Shown piece after piece: positions 32,128 to 43,593 of a DNA stretch of 64,000 nt (position 1 is the stretch's first letter; every line of letters begins with the position of its first letter). The DNA is from Rebecca billardiae RCC1528 (Eukaryota > Protista > Haptophyta). The stretch spans positions 124,001-188,000 of the forward strand of contig OZ251238.1 of the NCBI GenBank assembly GCA_965240325.2, read 5' to 3'. A model generated the notes under the pieces. The model did no database searches and was not told the origin of the DNA. It saw nothing but the letters and a program-made list of their open reading frames with translations. Position numbers and translations under genes: made by a program.

Positions 32128-33900
32128 GGTGGTGTGCTGCGCTGCGCTGCGTGTGCGGCCTGCGGCGAGGCGTCGTGTGCACGCGCGCGCGGCCGCGGGT
32201 GTGTGTGGCGCGAGCGGAAGGGTGGTCAGATGCGGGCGCACCAAAGGAGCGAGACGCGTGTGCCACCTTTGGTACGTGTGCCGCTGGAATCGCGCGCGCG
32301 CGCTTGATTGGCGTGTGCGGGGTAGGGCGTGCGCGGCGCGGACGGACGCACCTCGCGATGCGCTCTTTGCACGAGCGAGTGTCGAACTTGATGTTCGTTG
32401 ATGGGAGGCCGGTTTTCCCCGCTTTGGTGCGGCGCATCTTGGGGCTGGCCTGCCAAGATTCCTTTGTATTGATGAATAGCGATGAGATTGACTGCAATAA
32501 TACCGCGGAAAAGCGAGCTTCGGCAGGCGGGTGCAGAATGCGGTGAACGCGGTGCGTGAGCTGTGATGACGTCAAGTCTCGCCATCAAATGCGGGCGTAT
32601 TTCGTGCGTGTTTGTGCCGAGGCCGAACACTCCGGCATAATATCAGTACTTTACCGATGAGCTTCCAACCGGCCCGGTGAGATTCTTGATGATAGTAGTA
32701 CTGTACTGTAGTAGTAAACAGTGTACTGTACCGGGTATGAAGCGGTTCTGTCGATCTCTGATTCTCATCATGCCCGTCCCACCGCGCTCCAAGGCCCCAA
32801 CGCCACGGTCGGGTCACCGGGGCGTGACGTAGGCAGGTTGACGCGTCCGTAGGAGCACGTGCGCATGCATGACAGCTTCCTTTCCGACGTTTCGACCACC
32901 CACTCTCACGTCCAGCGCATGGGAAGGATGGGCAAGCAGGGGCCAGGGGCAGGATCACCGTTCTGACAGACATACTGCCCTCTGAGGCATGCCCTGCGAC
33001 GGTGCAAACACTGCAACGTTGCGTCTGGCCCCACATGCCATGAGTCTGTGACGGTCAATGTTGGCTGCGCGTAGTCACGCGAGCGCCGTTCGACACGGCT
33101 GCCGTGCGAATACGTTGGCGTGTGCGCGCCTGTCGACAGCAGGGGGTCATCGACCGCGGACCGACATGGCAAATGAGCTGGTCAGGACTGGCAGGAACCC
33201 TCTCGGGGACTACACCACACGACTTGATGACCTCGCCACCGCTCAATGCCCGCCCAGAGGCACTGACGTGCCGCAATACCTGGCCAGCCACAGCCAAAGT
33301 GGTCATCATCATCTGGCCATACCGTATCGTATGGCGACGCGCGCCGCGGCGCACCGGGCAGCTCAGGCCAAGCTCGTGATGCAAGGCGGTCTCCCGGAGC
33401 GCGCCCCGTGCTCCAATCTCGCTGCTGAGCATGAAAGGACCATTCTGGGGCGCGTATGCCCACTGCATGCAACGCTAGTCATCAGCTCTCTCTGTGACTC
33501 GTCTGGTTTGCGGAAAATAATTGACCGATTGACGAGTAGTGTTGAGCTCTGATCTAATTGACGCGCGGCACACACGCCTTCGTCTGCGCACTTGTGTCCA
33601 AGACGCTTGTATGGAAACGTATATACTAGTTATAGCGATCTGCACTGCTGACGATACGATCATTACGGTCCCTCCAGGGGCTGAACAGCACAGCAGTCAT
33701 CGTCAGCGTGCTTCGCTGGCTGGGCCACGAGCCGCGCCACGACTGCGCCAGCGGCAGCGCCGCGGCTGCGATCTGATATGACAGTTATTGACACTTGACC
33801 GCGAGCGATCCGCCGGCGGACCGCTGGACCCGATCTGCGGCATGCAGCGCCAGCGCGCCGCCATCGAATGATGATCGTTATTGTCATCTAATAATATCGT

Positions 33901-33950
33901 CATATATATATATATATATATGTATATGTATATGTGTGTATATATATATG
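33901..33950. repeat. (AT)n/(ATGT) microsatellite; similar AT islands at 28818-28836, 34374-34399, 42981-43022
   Basis: Direct reading. Confidence 0.9.
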
Positions 33951-34785
33951 TAACGACGTGGTATGCAACCGGCAAGCGTCAGGGCTCAGGCTCAGAGTGC
34001 AGCAGACACATAGAATGCGTCCGCGCCTTCCGACCAGGTCAGGCAGTGCGCCACCCGCAGCTAGCCCTGCCACCCCGTACGGGAGCGGGGCCGGGATGGA
34101 GCACCGCCACCGGCCTCGGCCTGGGGCTGGGGCGCGTGGCGGCGACGGCAGATGCCGCCTGCGGCCGAGCGCCTTCCGGAGCACTTGGGTCGGCTAAGGG
34201 TGAGGTCGTAGTCGATGTCACCGCCCGCCGACCTAGCGGCGGGCAGCCTCCGGCACGAGCGGCAGCCCGCAGCCGCGGCGGGCTGTCGCCCCCGTGCGCC
34301 TGCGTGGGACAGCCGGCAGATGTCGATGACGGGATCAGAGGTCGTACTGGTACCGTTATACCGTACTGATCCGTATATATAATTATATATATATATATAG
34401 TACTACGCGTCGCCGCGCGGCGCCGAGGCGACGGCTGCTATGTCTCAGGGGGTGCTGCCGTTCATCTGCCAGCATCGTTGCGGCGTCTAATAATCATGCA
34501 TTTCACTATCAGCGCGCTGTCGTGAAATCGGCTGATCCGGCTGCGGCCAGCGAGTGAAGTCCGCAGCCGCAAGCGCACTGCCAGGCTCGGAAGCGGGCGG
34601 GCGGCTTCGTGTGCATGCTGCGTGGACGCCAGCGCAGCGCGGCTTTCGACCGCGCTGCACCTCGGCCGCCCGCAGTCGGGCGGAGGCAGTCGGCTGGCGG
34701 CGCGTGCAGTGGCCGCCTCGCTCACTCCGAGCGGGGCGGCACGCGCCGCCCAGGCCGGTGCTGCCCGTGAGGCCGCGCGCGCCGG

Positions 34786-35469
34786 TCACATGTGGACGTC
34801 ATTGGTGAGTATCTCAAAGCCCTGGATGGAGAAGACGGCGACGACGGTGCAGATCGCCTTCCAGTGCCGCGCGCCGAACGCCCGCCAGTCGTCCGCGCTG
34901 CGCAGCGGCTGCATACCCGCATTACTCACCTCGTACTTCAGCTCAAGCGCGTCCTCCAGCTCGACGTTGGGCAGGCCGTCTGCCGTGGCGGGCGCGCCCA
35001 TGAAGTCGACGGTCGCCTTCGGCTCCTCCTCCGTGCGCAGCACCGGGTGCCACGCCTGCGCCGCGCCCGCGCTCTCGTCGAGCGGCAGCCACCACGGCGG
35101 TGGCGGCGCGCCGCCCACCAGCCGGCTCTTTGCGTGCGCGCGGTGCAGCCGCGCGAGGTTGGCGTCGCGCCAGTCCTCGAGGATGGCGAGCTCGCCCGTG
35201 GTGACCTGGTGGATGCAGCGCACCGGGCACGCGCGGATCGCCTCGCGGATCGGGCCGGCACCGTCGGCGCCCTGCTTGCCCACGCGCGCGCGGCCGTGCG
35301 TGCCCTCGATCGCAAAGGTCGAGGGCGCGATCTCGGCGCAGCGCTTGCAGCCGATGCACGTGGGCTCGTCCACGAAGAAGAGCGGGTCGCCCGCGCGCAG
35401 CCCCGCGCCGGGGCGCGCGAGCGCGAGCAGCGCGAGGCCCAGCAGCACGACCGAGCGCGCCGCGATCAT
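34786..35469 (-). CDS. Single-cluster 4Fe-4S ferredoxin-domain protein (DnaJ-Fer type Fer domain, no J domain), signal peptide
   Basis: FVDEPTCIGCKRCAEIAPSTF...GRARV..Q...EAIRACPVRCIH. Confidence 0.85.
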   Translation of the reverse strand: MIAARSVVLLGLALLALARPGAGLRAGDPLFFVDEPTCIGCKRCAEIAPSTFAIEGTHGRARVGKQGADGAGPIREAIRACPVRCIHQVTTGELAILEDWRDANLARLHRAHAKSRLVGGAPPPPWWLPLDESAGAAQAWHPVLRTEEEPKATVDFMGAPATADGLPNVELEDALELKYEVSNAGMQPLRSADDWRAFGARHWKAICTVVAVFSIQGFEILTNDVHM

Positions 35470-35645
35470 CGCCGCCGGGTTGAGCGAGCGCGGGCCGCAC
35501 GGCCGCCGCCGGTTGCAAAAAGCTCAAGCCCGCCCGGCCGGGGGCCGGCGCGGTCGTCGGCCTGTCGCTTGAAGTCGTCCGTGCCGGTCCGCGCGGCTCG
35601 ATTTTCTTACTTTTAAAAAGCGCCGCGTGCGAACAAGCAGAACAG

Positions 35646-37662
35646 CATAACTCACTCGGTAGACCCACATGAGAGTAGATTGAGGTGGGGGCCGCGTTGA
35701 TAAACGCGTGAGGTGACTAGGTCACACCCCCGAAGCCGTCCAGGATGCGACGCCGACCAGAAAGGACTCGCCGATGCATTCGAGCAACTACGCCGACAGA
35801 AGCCGACCGCCTAGACGCCGAAGAGGAAGTACTCGATGGAGCACGTAGATAGACCGCAGGCGCTGGCAGCCGACGCCCTCCCCCAACGCAAGTTTGGGCC
35901 GAGCGCGGCGCCGCAGGGGGCAGAGGCCTCGAGGGCCTCCACCCCCCCCGACACCGCGCGCACCCAGGCCATGCCCACCCAGCAACCAGCCGGGTGGGAG
36001 GGCAGGGAGAAACAACTCCCAGAGGAGGGGCAGCCACCAGCGCCGCGGTGACCCAGCAGCCACGCCGGCCGCCGAGCCGCGGATGCAGCCAGCGAGCGCG
36101 CGCAGAGAGGCGCATCGCTTGCCAAGCTACTGCGCGGATCCGCGCCCACCCCCTGTCCGGGCCTGGCTCGGCTTGACGACCGGAAAACCTTCGGGCAGCC
36201 GGACCCGGGCTGCCAGCCCGCCCTCATGAGGGCTACCGGTGAGTTATACCCGCATAACCGAGCGGTTATACAACCATAACTCACTCGGTAGACCCACATG
36301 AGAGTAGATTGAGGTGGGGGCCGCGTTGATAAACGCGTGAGGTGACTAGGTCACACCCCCGAAGCCGTCCAGGATGCGACGCCGACCAGAAAGGACTCGC
36401 CGATGCATTCGAGCAACTACGCCGACAGAAGCCGACCGCCTAGACGCCGAAGAGGAAGTACTCGATGGAGCACGTAGATAGACCGCAGGCGCTGGCAGCC
36501 GACGCCCTCCCCCAACGCAAGTTTGGGCCGAGCGCGGCGCCGCAGGGGGCAGAGGCCTCGAGGGCCTCCACCCAGAAGGAGGTGTGGAATGCCACACCCC
36601 GTAGGGGTGGTGGCCGGGGGCCCGAAGAGGCCGAGGCCGCCGAAGGGGTAGCGCGAGGACCGAAGGCGGCCGAGGCCCAGAGGGGCTCCCCGCAGGATTG
36701 TGTGAGGACGAACCCGACGGTAAGTGCGACGAGTAGGCACAAAGACATGCGCGGCGGCGGCGGCGCAGGCGGGAAGCAGGCGCGAGACACGCACGCGCAC
36801 GCGTAGCGTCAGATAAGGTAGCAGGTCGCATCCCCACACACAGCAGTGCACTGCAGACTGCAGAGGAGGCGGCAGAGAAGGAGAGAGCAGCACCCACCCG
36901 CCAGGCGATGAAGGCAAGCGAGACTGCGAAGCGTGAGAAGATTGCAGACGGGGACGCCTGGGAGCGGTTCCGAGGCGCCCCCATCGAAAGCAGAGCATGC
37001 GGAGATTGCAGACGGGGACGCCTCGAAGCGGTTCCGAGGCGCCCCCATCGAAAGCAGAGCATGAGAAGATTGCAGACGGGGACGCCCCGAAGCGGTTCCG
37101 AGGCGCCCCCATCGAAAGCAGAGCATGAGAAGATTGCAGACGGGGACGCCCCGAAGCGGTTCCGAGGCGCCCCCATCGAAAGCAGAGCATGGGACGATTG
37201 CAGACGGGGACGCCTCGAAGCGGTTCCGAGGCGCCCCCATCGAAAGCAGAGAGCACCCGGAGGGGTCCGAGGTGCCCTCGCAGAGAGCAGAAGCGACAGA
37301 CAGCCCGATCGCGCGTTGGCAGCAAGCAGGGCAGGTGCACGAGTGGAGAGAGCGAGGGCTGAGGGCGGCCTACCGCCGACGCACACGCACCTGGAAGAAA
37401 CAACTCCCAGAGGAGGGGCAGCCACCAGCGCCGCGGTGACCCAGCAGCCACGCCGGCCGCCGAGCCGCGGATGCAGCCAGCGAGCGCGCGCAGAGAGGCG
37501 CATCGCTTGCCAAGCTACTGCGCGGATCCGCGCCCACCCCCTGTCCGGGCCTGGCTCGGCTTGACGACCGGAAAACCTTCGGGCAGCCGGACCCGGGCTG
37601 CCAGCCCGCCCTCATGAGGGCTACCGGTGAGTTATACCCGCATAACCGAGCGGTTATACAAC
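35646..37662 (-). mobile_element. Non-autonomous split-direct-repeat element (Ngaro/PAT/TOC1-like architecture A1-internal-B1A2-B2)
   Basis: 299-bp repeat at 35646-35944 and 36275-36573; 267-bp repeat at 36008-36274 and 37396-37662; the inner copies abut directly. Confidence 0.72.
36937..37250. repeat. Five tandem 64-bp repeats inside the split-repeat element
   Basis: attgcagacggggacgcc starts at 36941, 37005, 37069, 37133, 37197. Confidence 0.95.
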
Positions 37663-38105
37663 CAGAACAGACCGTCAGACGCGCGCTGCGCGCTGATGAG
37701 TGATGTCAATTGTCATGGACGGCTAGTTGGCTACACCAAAGCTAGATGACAGCACAAGTGCTGTCTCCCGTGAATCACGTTGTAATGCATGGAAGGAAGA
37801 CAGCATCGCCGAAGGATGCGCGCACGTGGCTCAGCGCTCGGCATCAGAGTCTGTTGGCTGTTGCATGCACGCATTGGCGACGCCGAGGGCCTTGCCGAGT
37901 GGCATGCTCAGACATGCAGAGAGGGAGAGAGGCGGAAACGACGACGGCGCGCGGAAATGATGGACGCGTGCGCCGCCAGCTAGCGGTGGCTGCAGTGGCC
38001 CCTGCTGCACGGCCAGAACCTCCGCGAGACGCGCCTCGGCGCCTCGCAGCGCCGGGTGCGCGTGCATGGGCGGCCGGGCCCGCCCGCGTGCGCCGCCCCG
38101 CCGTC

Positions 38106-39921
38106 TCACACGCCAATTTCGTTGCACAGGTTGAGCAGCGCCGCGCGCGCGTCGCAGTCCTCGAACGCGTGCAGCGCGGAGACGGCGCTCTGCACGTGCG
38201 ACTCGACGAGCGAGACGGTGCTCTCGACCGCGCCGCACTCGCGCACCAGGCTCACCGCCTGCGCCGGCGCGGAGGCAGCGGGGCACAGCAGGCGGAGGCG
38301 GAGGCGGAGGCGGAGGGGCGAGGGGCGCGGCTGAGCACAGCGCAGGCGCGCACCGCAGCACCGCGCGCCGTCGCGCGGCACGCCTGGGCCGGGCATCGAC
38401 ACGGTCCGGCCGGCTTGCAATGCGTCAGCGCGCGCGCCCCGCCCGTCCCACCCAAGCGCCTGTGCCCTTGCCCTCGCCTCTACCCGCGCCGCGTGCGCGC
38501 ACGCCCTCCGGCTCCGCACCTTCTCCACGTCCCCGGGCAGGCCTGCGTTGCGCATCAGGATGGGCTCCAGCGCGGGGCGGCGCTCGAGGGCGAGGAGCAG
38601 CGCGGCGGAGGGGACGCCCGCGCCGAGCGGCTGCACGCCCGAGCCCTGCGCGCCGCCGCCGCCGCCGCTCACGCCCGCGGCGGCGTGCTCGCCCCCCTTC
38701 ACCGCCGCCAGCGACGCGTTGAACGCCTTGAGGTCGAGCGCCATCTGGTGCGCCATCCCCAGGTGCAGTCCAAACGCCTCGGCAGCGGCCGCCTCGGCGC
38801 TCTGCACGGAGAAGCCGGCGAGCAGCGCGGCGCAGCGGCACGAGTTGGAGATGAGCTGCGCGGAGCGCGCCTGCGTGCGCGCGCAGTACGCCTCGAGCGT
38901 GCGCTGCGACGCGCTCATCGCCTCCGAGCGCAGCATCCCGCCTGCCGCGGCGGGCGCGCGGCGCGGCGCGCGCGCGGCGCGGCGCGGCGCGGCGCGGCGC
39001 GGCGCGGCGCGGTGAGCCGGGGGCGCGGCGGCGCGCGCGCGGCCGCGCGGCCCTCCCGCCTGCCGTGCGCGGCCCATGGCCACGGCCGCGCCCGCCCGCA
39101 CACACACGCCCGCACGCGCGCCGCGCCCTCCGCACGCGCGCCGCGCCCCTTCCCGCGCGCGCACCCTGCACGATGGCCTCGAGCGCGCCCGCCATCACCT
39201 CGACCACCACCGGGTCCTGCAGCTGCGCCAGCTGCACCGCGGCGCGCGCGAGGAGGAAGTCGCCCGCGAGGATGGACACCTTGTTGCCCACGTTGGCGGA
39301 GTACATCTGGTGCACGATGTTGCCCGCCGGCTGCGCCTCGCCGCCGCCGCCGCCGCCCGTCTCCATGCCGTGCGCCGCCGCCGCCGCCGCCGCCGCGTGG
39401 TCGCCCTCCGCGCTCGCGCCCGCGCCGCCGCCGCCCTCGGAGGCGGCGTCGTTGACGACGTCGTCGTGGATGATCGAGGCGATGTTCATCATCTCGGTCA
39501 GCTCGGCCAGCCGCATGTGCTTCGTGCGCACCTCCTCGTCCATCTCGCACGGCGGGCTGCGCGTCGCGGACGCCGCGCGGCCGAGCAGCAGCACGAGCAT
39601 AGGCCTGAACGACTTGCCCGGCCGCTTGAGGAACTCCTGCACGGCCATGGTGAGGACGGGCTGCGACGCGGCGGCGCCCTTCGCGTTCGGCCCCGCGCTC
39701 AGCTTCGCCACCTCGCGCAGCCGCGCCTTCATCTCCTTGATGTCGTCGCGCACCAGCTCGTACGGGTCGGGCCGCGCCGGCGCGCGCGGACCCATCGACA
39801 CGGCCGAGGCGCTCGCGCGCGAGGCGGCGACGCGGCTGGACGCGGCGGCGCGGCTCACGCCGCCCACGCCGGGGGCGCACGCGCAGCCCATCGCGAGCGC
39901 GAGCACCAGCCGCCTCGCCAT
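38106..39921 (-). CDS. Trans-polyprenyl (solanesyl/geranyl) diphosphate synthase-like protein, catalytic motifs degenerate, signal/transit peptide
   Basis: GKSFRPML, LAELTEMMNIASIIHDDV, GNKVSILAGDFLLARA, FGLHLGMAHQMALD; introns 38942-39164 and 38259-38519. Confidence 0.85.
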
Positions 39922-40550
39922 CGGCGCGCGCGCGCGAGGCGCAGCGGCGGTCGTCATCACCATGCGGCGCCGGATGCGCGATCTTGCGCGGCGAAGGCGC
40001 GAGACTCTTTGCCGAGCGCCCGACGCGCGCGCCAAAAGCGCTTGACGAAGCTCCGCCAGCGGGCGGAATGCGCGAGAAGGAAACGACTGACGCTCCAGTC
40101 GCCTTTTTTGCGGCTTTGCCTTTGGCCTTGTGCGGTTGTGCCGAGCGGCCGGGCGTGCCGACAGATAGATAGAGACCCGCAACTCATCCACAGAACCTGG
40201 TGCAAGGCTAAGGGCAAGGCCGCAAGGGGCAAAGCCGGCAAAGGACCTGCGGGCTGCGGCCAGTACTAGCAGCATCAGTCACGGTCGTCGCGTGGTCGTC
40301 GTCCATCTGCTACTGCTAGATCATCCGAGTAAACAGTATATCGGCGTCGCCTCCGTGACTAGTCACACTCGGTGAGTCCGAGTGGGCGAGTGGCTCTGCG
40401 CAGGCCAGCCGCCAGAGCCTTGCCCGATCGGGCCGATGCCGATCCGATCATATTATGCCATCATCGTCATCATCATCAGTAAATTGGCGTCGTCGCCCGC
40501 CAAGTTGCTGCCACCGCCTGCGCCTACTGCGCGCGGCAGTGCGGCCTGCG

Positions 40551-41768
40551 TCACGCCAGAGTCGCAGCGTGCGCCGTACCAAACCGTTGCCGTCGCCGGT
40601 CGGTGCAACTCCTAATGCAGCCCTGCTTACGCGCGGGCTCCAGTGCGCACGTGACGTCGATGGTACGCCGGTCCCACTGCGCCGCCGTGCCGTTCAGCCC
40701 GGCGCCGCTCGGCACCCCTCGCAGCGCGCGGAGGACGGCCGGCTGGACCGGGTACCACAGCGGGTGGAGCGTCATGTTGGCAGACCTCGCCTGCTGCGCC
40801 AGGCGCGCGCTCACGCACGAGCGCAGCCGGTTGACGAGCGAGCGCTTGAAGTAGGCCTGGATGCGCGGGTCAGTGGCGCACAGCTGCCGGTAGTCGTCCG
40901 TAAAGTCCAGCGCGGCGACGACGACGGCGCGCCCCGCGCCCCTCGCGCGCTGCACCGCGGGCCAGACGGCATCGAGCGTGCGGAGCAGCTGCGCGGGCGC
41001 CTCGCGCATCGCACTGCCGTTGAGGAGCGACATGGCGTGGTGCTTCACGTCCAGCAGCACGACGTCGGCGGCCGCCGGGTCGTCCTCCGCGCGCGCGTGG
41101 GGCGAGGCAGCCACGCCGCGAAGCACCGACGTGAACCCGCCCCGGAGCAGCCCGGGCGCGAGCTTGGGGATGTGCACGGCCACCGGGGCGGCCGGGCGGC
41201 CGGCCGCTGCCCCTGGCGGCGGGCGCGGCGCCAGCACGCGCAGCCGTGTGAGGACGTACTCGACCAGCTCCGCCTCACTGCGCGCCGCGAGGGGCGCGCG
41301 CGCGCCGATGGCGGCCGCAAGCGCGGGGTTGGCTAGGTAGAAGTCTATCAGGCGCGGCACCTCCTCGGCTCGGTCGTAGAAGACCACGTTGTGCCCGTCG
41401 CGCAGCGCGTACGCGGCCGGTGGCTGGACGAGCCGATCTGAGAGCGTGAGAGCGCCGGCCGCCAGCGCTTCGGCGAGGCGAGAGTCGCCCTCCCGGTCCG
41501 GCGGGCCGCACGTGACGACGATCTTACTCCGCGCCAGGTTGGCCACGTATGCGCTCGCCGGCGCACGCCTGCCCGCATCCCCGGCCTTGCCCACAATGCC
41601 CACGCGCGCCCGCACGCCAGGCCGCCTACGGCTGTAGTCCCGCACAGCGTGTGCGACCTCCCACCGCTGCGGCACGGGTCCACGCGCGGGGAAAGAGGCC
41701 GTGTCATGCTGTAGTTCGCAGGCCACCCGACGGCTCAACGGGCAAACTGGTTTCACGGCCAGCGCCAT
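40551..41768 (-). CDS. Glycosyltransferase family 1 (CgeB/Glyco_trans_1_2-like) protein; ends uncertain
   Basis: YVANLARSKIVV..EGDSRLAEALAAGALTLSD..LRDGHNVVFYD..LIDFYLANP..AAIGARA. Confidence 0.65.
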   Translation of the reverse strand: MALAVKPVCPLSRRVACELQHDTASFPARGPVPQRWEVAHAVRDYSRRRPGVRARVGIVGKAGDAGRRAPASAYVANLARSKIVVTCGPPDREGDSRLAEALAAGALTLSDRLVQPPAAYALRDGHNVVFYDRAEEVPRLIDFYLANPALAAAIGARAPLAARSEAELVEYVLTRLRVLAPRPPPGAAAGRPAAPVAVHIPKLAPGLLRGGFTSVLRGVAASPHARAEDDPAAADVVLLDVKHHAMSLLNGSAMREAPAQLLRTLDAVWPAVQRARGAGRAVVVAALDFTDDYRQLCATDPRIQAYFKRSLVNRLRSCVSARLAQQARSANMTLHPLWYPVQPAVLRALRGVPSGAGLNGTAAQWDRRTIDVTCALEPARKQGCIRSCTDRRRQRFGTAHAATLA

Positions 41769-41910
41769 GGGCCAGAGCACGCTCATCGCCCCGGGCGCCA
41801 TCGTCCTTGGAGAAATCATCGGAGCGCCCGCTGCGGCGCTGGCGCGCTGCTGCGCTCTGAGCTGGGCGCTGGCGCGCTGCGGCGCTCGACGAGAACTGCG
41901 CCTCCGCACG

Positions 41911-42789
41911 ATGGCGGCGGACGTGGTCTCGCTCAACGCGTGCCTGCTGCCGAGCCACCTGCGCTGGATCTTCCGCGCGCACCGCGGGCTCGAGTCGCTC
42001 GACACGGCGACCGCGCGCGTCGGCGCCGCGCTCGCTGAGCACGCCGCGCGCCGCGCCGTCGACGTCGTCCACGTGCAGGAGCTGTACGCGCCACAGTCGC
42101 ACGCGCAACTCGCCGCGCACATGCGCGCCGCCGGCTTTGCGCACGCCAGCCCGCACGCGCGGTGCGGCGTCGCCAGCTTCGCGCGCGTGCCGCTCGCCGT
42201 GCTCCACACGCGCGAGTACCCCCGCCCGCCCTTCACGCCCAAGGGCTGGCGCGCCCTCGCCGTCGGCGGCGGGGGCGCCCCGGGGCCGCCCCCGGAGGTG
42301 CACTTGAACGTGCACCTCGCGTCCGAGATCGACGGCTCGCGGCGCGCGCGGCTGGCGCAGGCGCGCGAGATCGGCGCGTGGGTGCGCGGCGCGCTGCTCG
42401 GCGAGGCGCTCGCGGGCGCGCGCGCCGCGCGCCGCGTGCTCGTCATCGGCGACCTGAACGAGCCCGACCCAGCGGCGGCCGCCGAGCTCGCGCGCGCGCT
42501 CGGCGCGCTCGCGCCGCCCGACGTGAGCGCCGCTGCCGCGGCCATGGCGGCCGAGAGCTCGTACAGCTGGCTGGGGGGGCTCGTGCGCGGGCGGATGGAC
42601 CGCGCGTTCCTCCTCGACGCGCGCCCCCGCGCGGACGGCCGCGGCGCCGCCGGCGGCGGCGTGCTCGAGGTGTGCGGGCGCGAGCTGGGCGGCGCGGTGC
42701 TGACGGAGCTGGCGGACGTGTCCGACCACTACGCGCTCCACTTTGAGCTCGGGCCCGCAGCGCCGCTGCTGCGACCGCAGCCTGAATAA
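41911..42789 (+). CDS. Endonuclease/exonuclease/phosphatase (EEP) superfamily protein
   Basis: VVSLN, DVVHVQE, LNVHL, VIGDLN, RMDRAF, SDHYAL; start could be upstream (41767). Confidence 0.85.
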   Translation: MAADVVSLNACLLPSHLRWIFRAHRGLESLDTATARVGAALAEHAARRAVDVVHVQELYAPQSHAQLAAHMRAAGFAHASPHARCGVASFARVPLAVLHTREYPRPPFTPKGWRALAVGGGGAPGPPPEVHLNVHLASEIDGSRRARLAQAREIGAWVRGALLGEALAGARAARRVLVIGDLNEPDPAAAAELARALGALAPPDVSAAAAAMAAESSYSWLGGLVRGRMDRAFLLDARPRADGRGAAGGGVLEVCGRELGGAVLTELADVSDHYALHFELGPAAPLLRPQPE

Positions 42790-43593
42790 CCACTACTACG
42801 ACTATGCGATGCGAGTATGATGATACGACTGCTATATGACGAGTTACTATGTATGCCTGACGCCGCCGCCCTCCGGCAGGCGCCGCGGGCCGGCGGGGGC
42901 GGTGCAGTGTTGCCAGTATGAGTAGTGTCAAGTGTGTACGTGTGTGGCGCCGTCTGATGAACCACTCGTCAGACCGCCAATATAATATATAAATATATAA
43001 ATATTTATATATATTAAATTATTCGTCGCGTCTACTAATGACTGCGCTATATAACTAGCTAATAATCGCCCTCGTTCGGCCTCGTGAGTCGTGGCTCGTG
43101 GACGTGCGCGGGCGGCCGACGCGGCCGTGCCGTGGGCCGGTCGTAATTAATCGTGCTGTGATGACGATGTCGAGTCACGCTGCATGATTGCTGGATGTGC
43201 TGCCCTGCGGATGATGATCTGTGTGTGTGAGAGTGTGTGTGTGATGAGGATGAGATGACGCACGGCTGCGTGCGTCCGTGCGTGTGCCCTGTGGCCTGTG
43301 CCCTGTGGCTGTGGTGCGGCGCGTGCCGGGTGATGGCTGCGCCGTGGCCGAGTGATGGCTGTGCGCGCCGGCAGTGGGCGGCGCGCCAGACGTCGCCGCC
43401 AGCCCCTAGCGGCCGAGCGGCGCGCCACGCTCGAGACCGAGCCACCGGGCCACGCGCCGGCGGTGGCGGCGGCCGCGGGTGCGCAGGAAGCGGGCGGGCG
43501 CGCAGAGGGGTGTGTGTGTGCACCGGAGGGCCCGGCACGGCGCGCGGCCGTGTGCGCGGCGCGCGGGAGCGCCCCGAACCCCGCGCGCCGCGC

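Noticed and set aside
32640-33660. Lower-GC tract upstream of SLC4 with short ORFs, possible TE remnant
   Set aside because: No TIR, TSD or recognisable protein motif found by eye.
36937-37250. CRISPR-like array
   Set aside because: Contiguous 64-bp units with no unique spacers; eukaryotic context; no cas genes.
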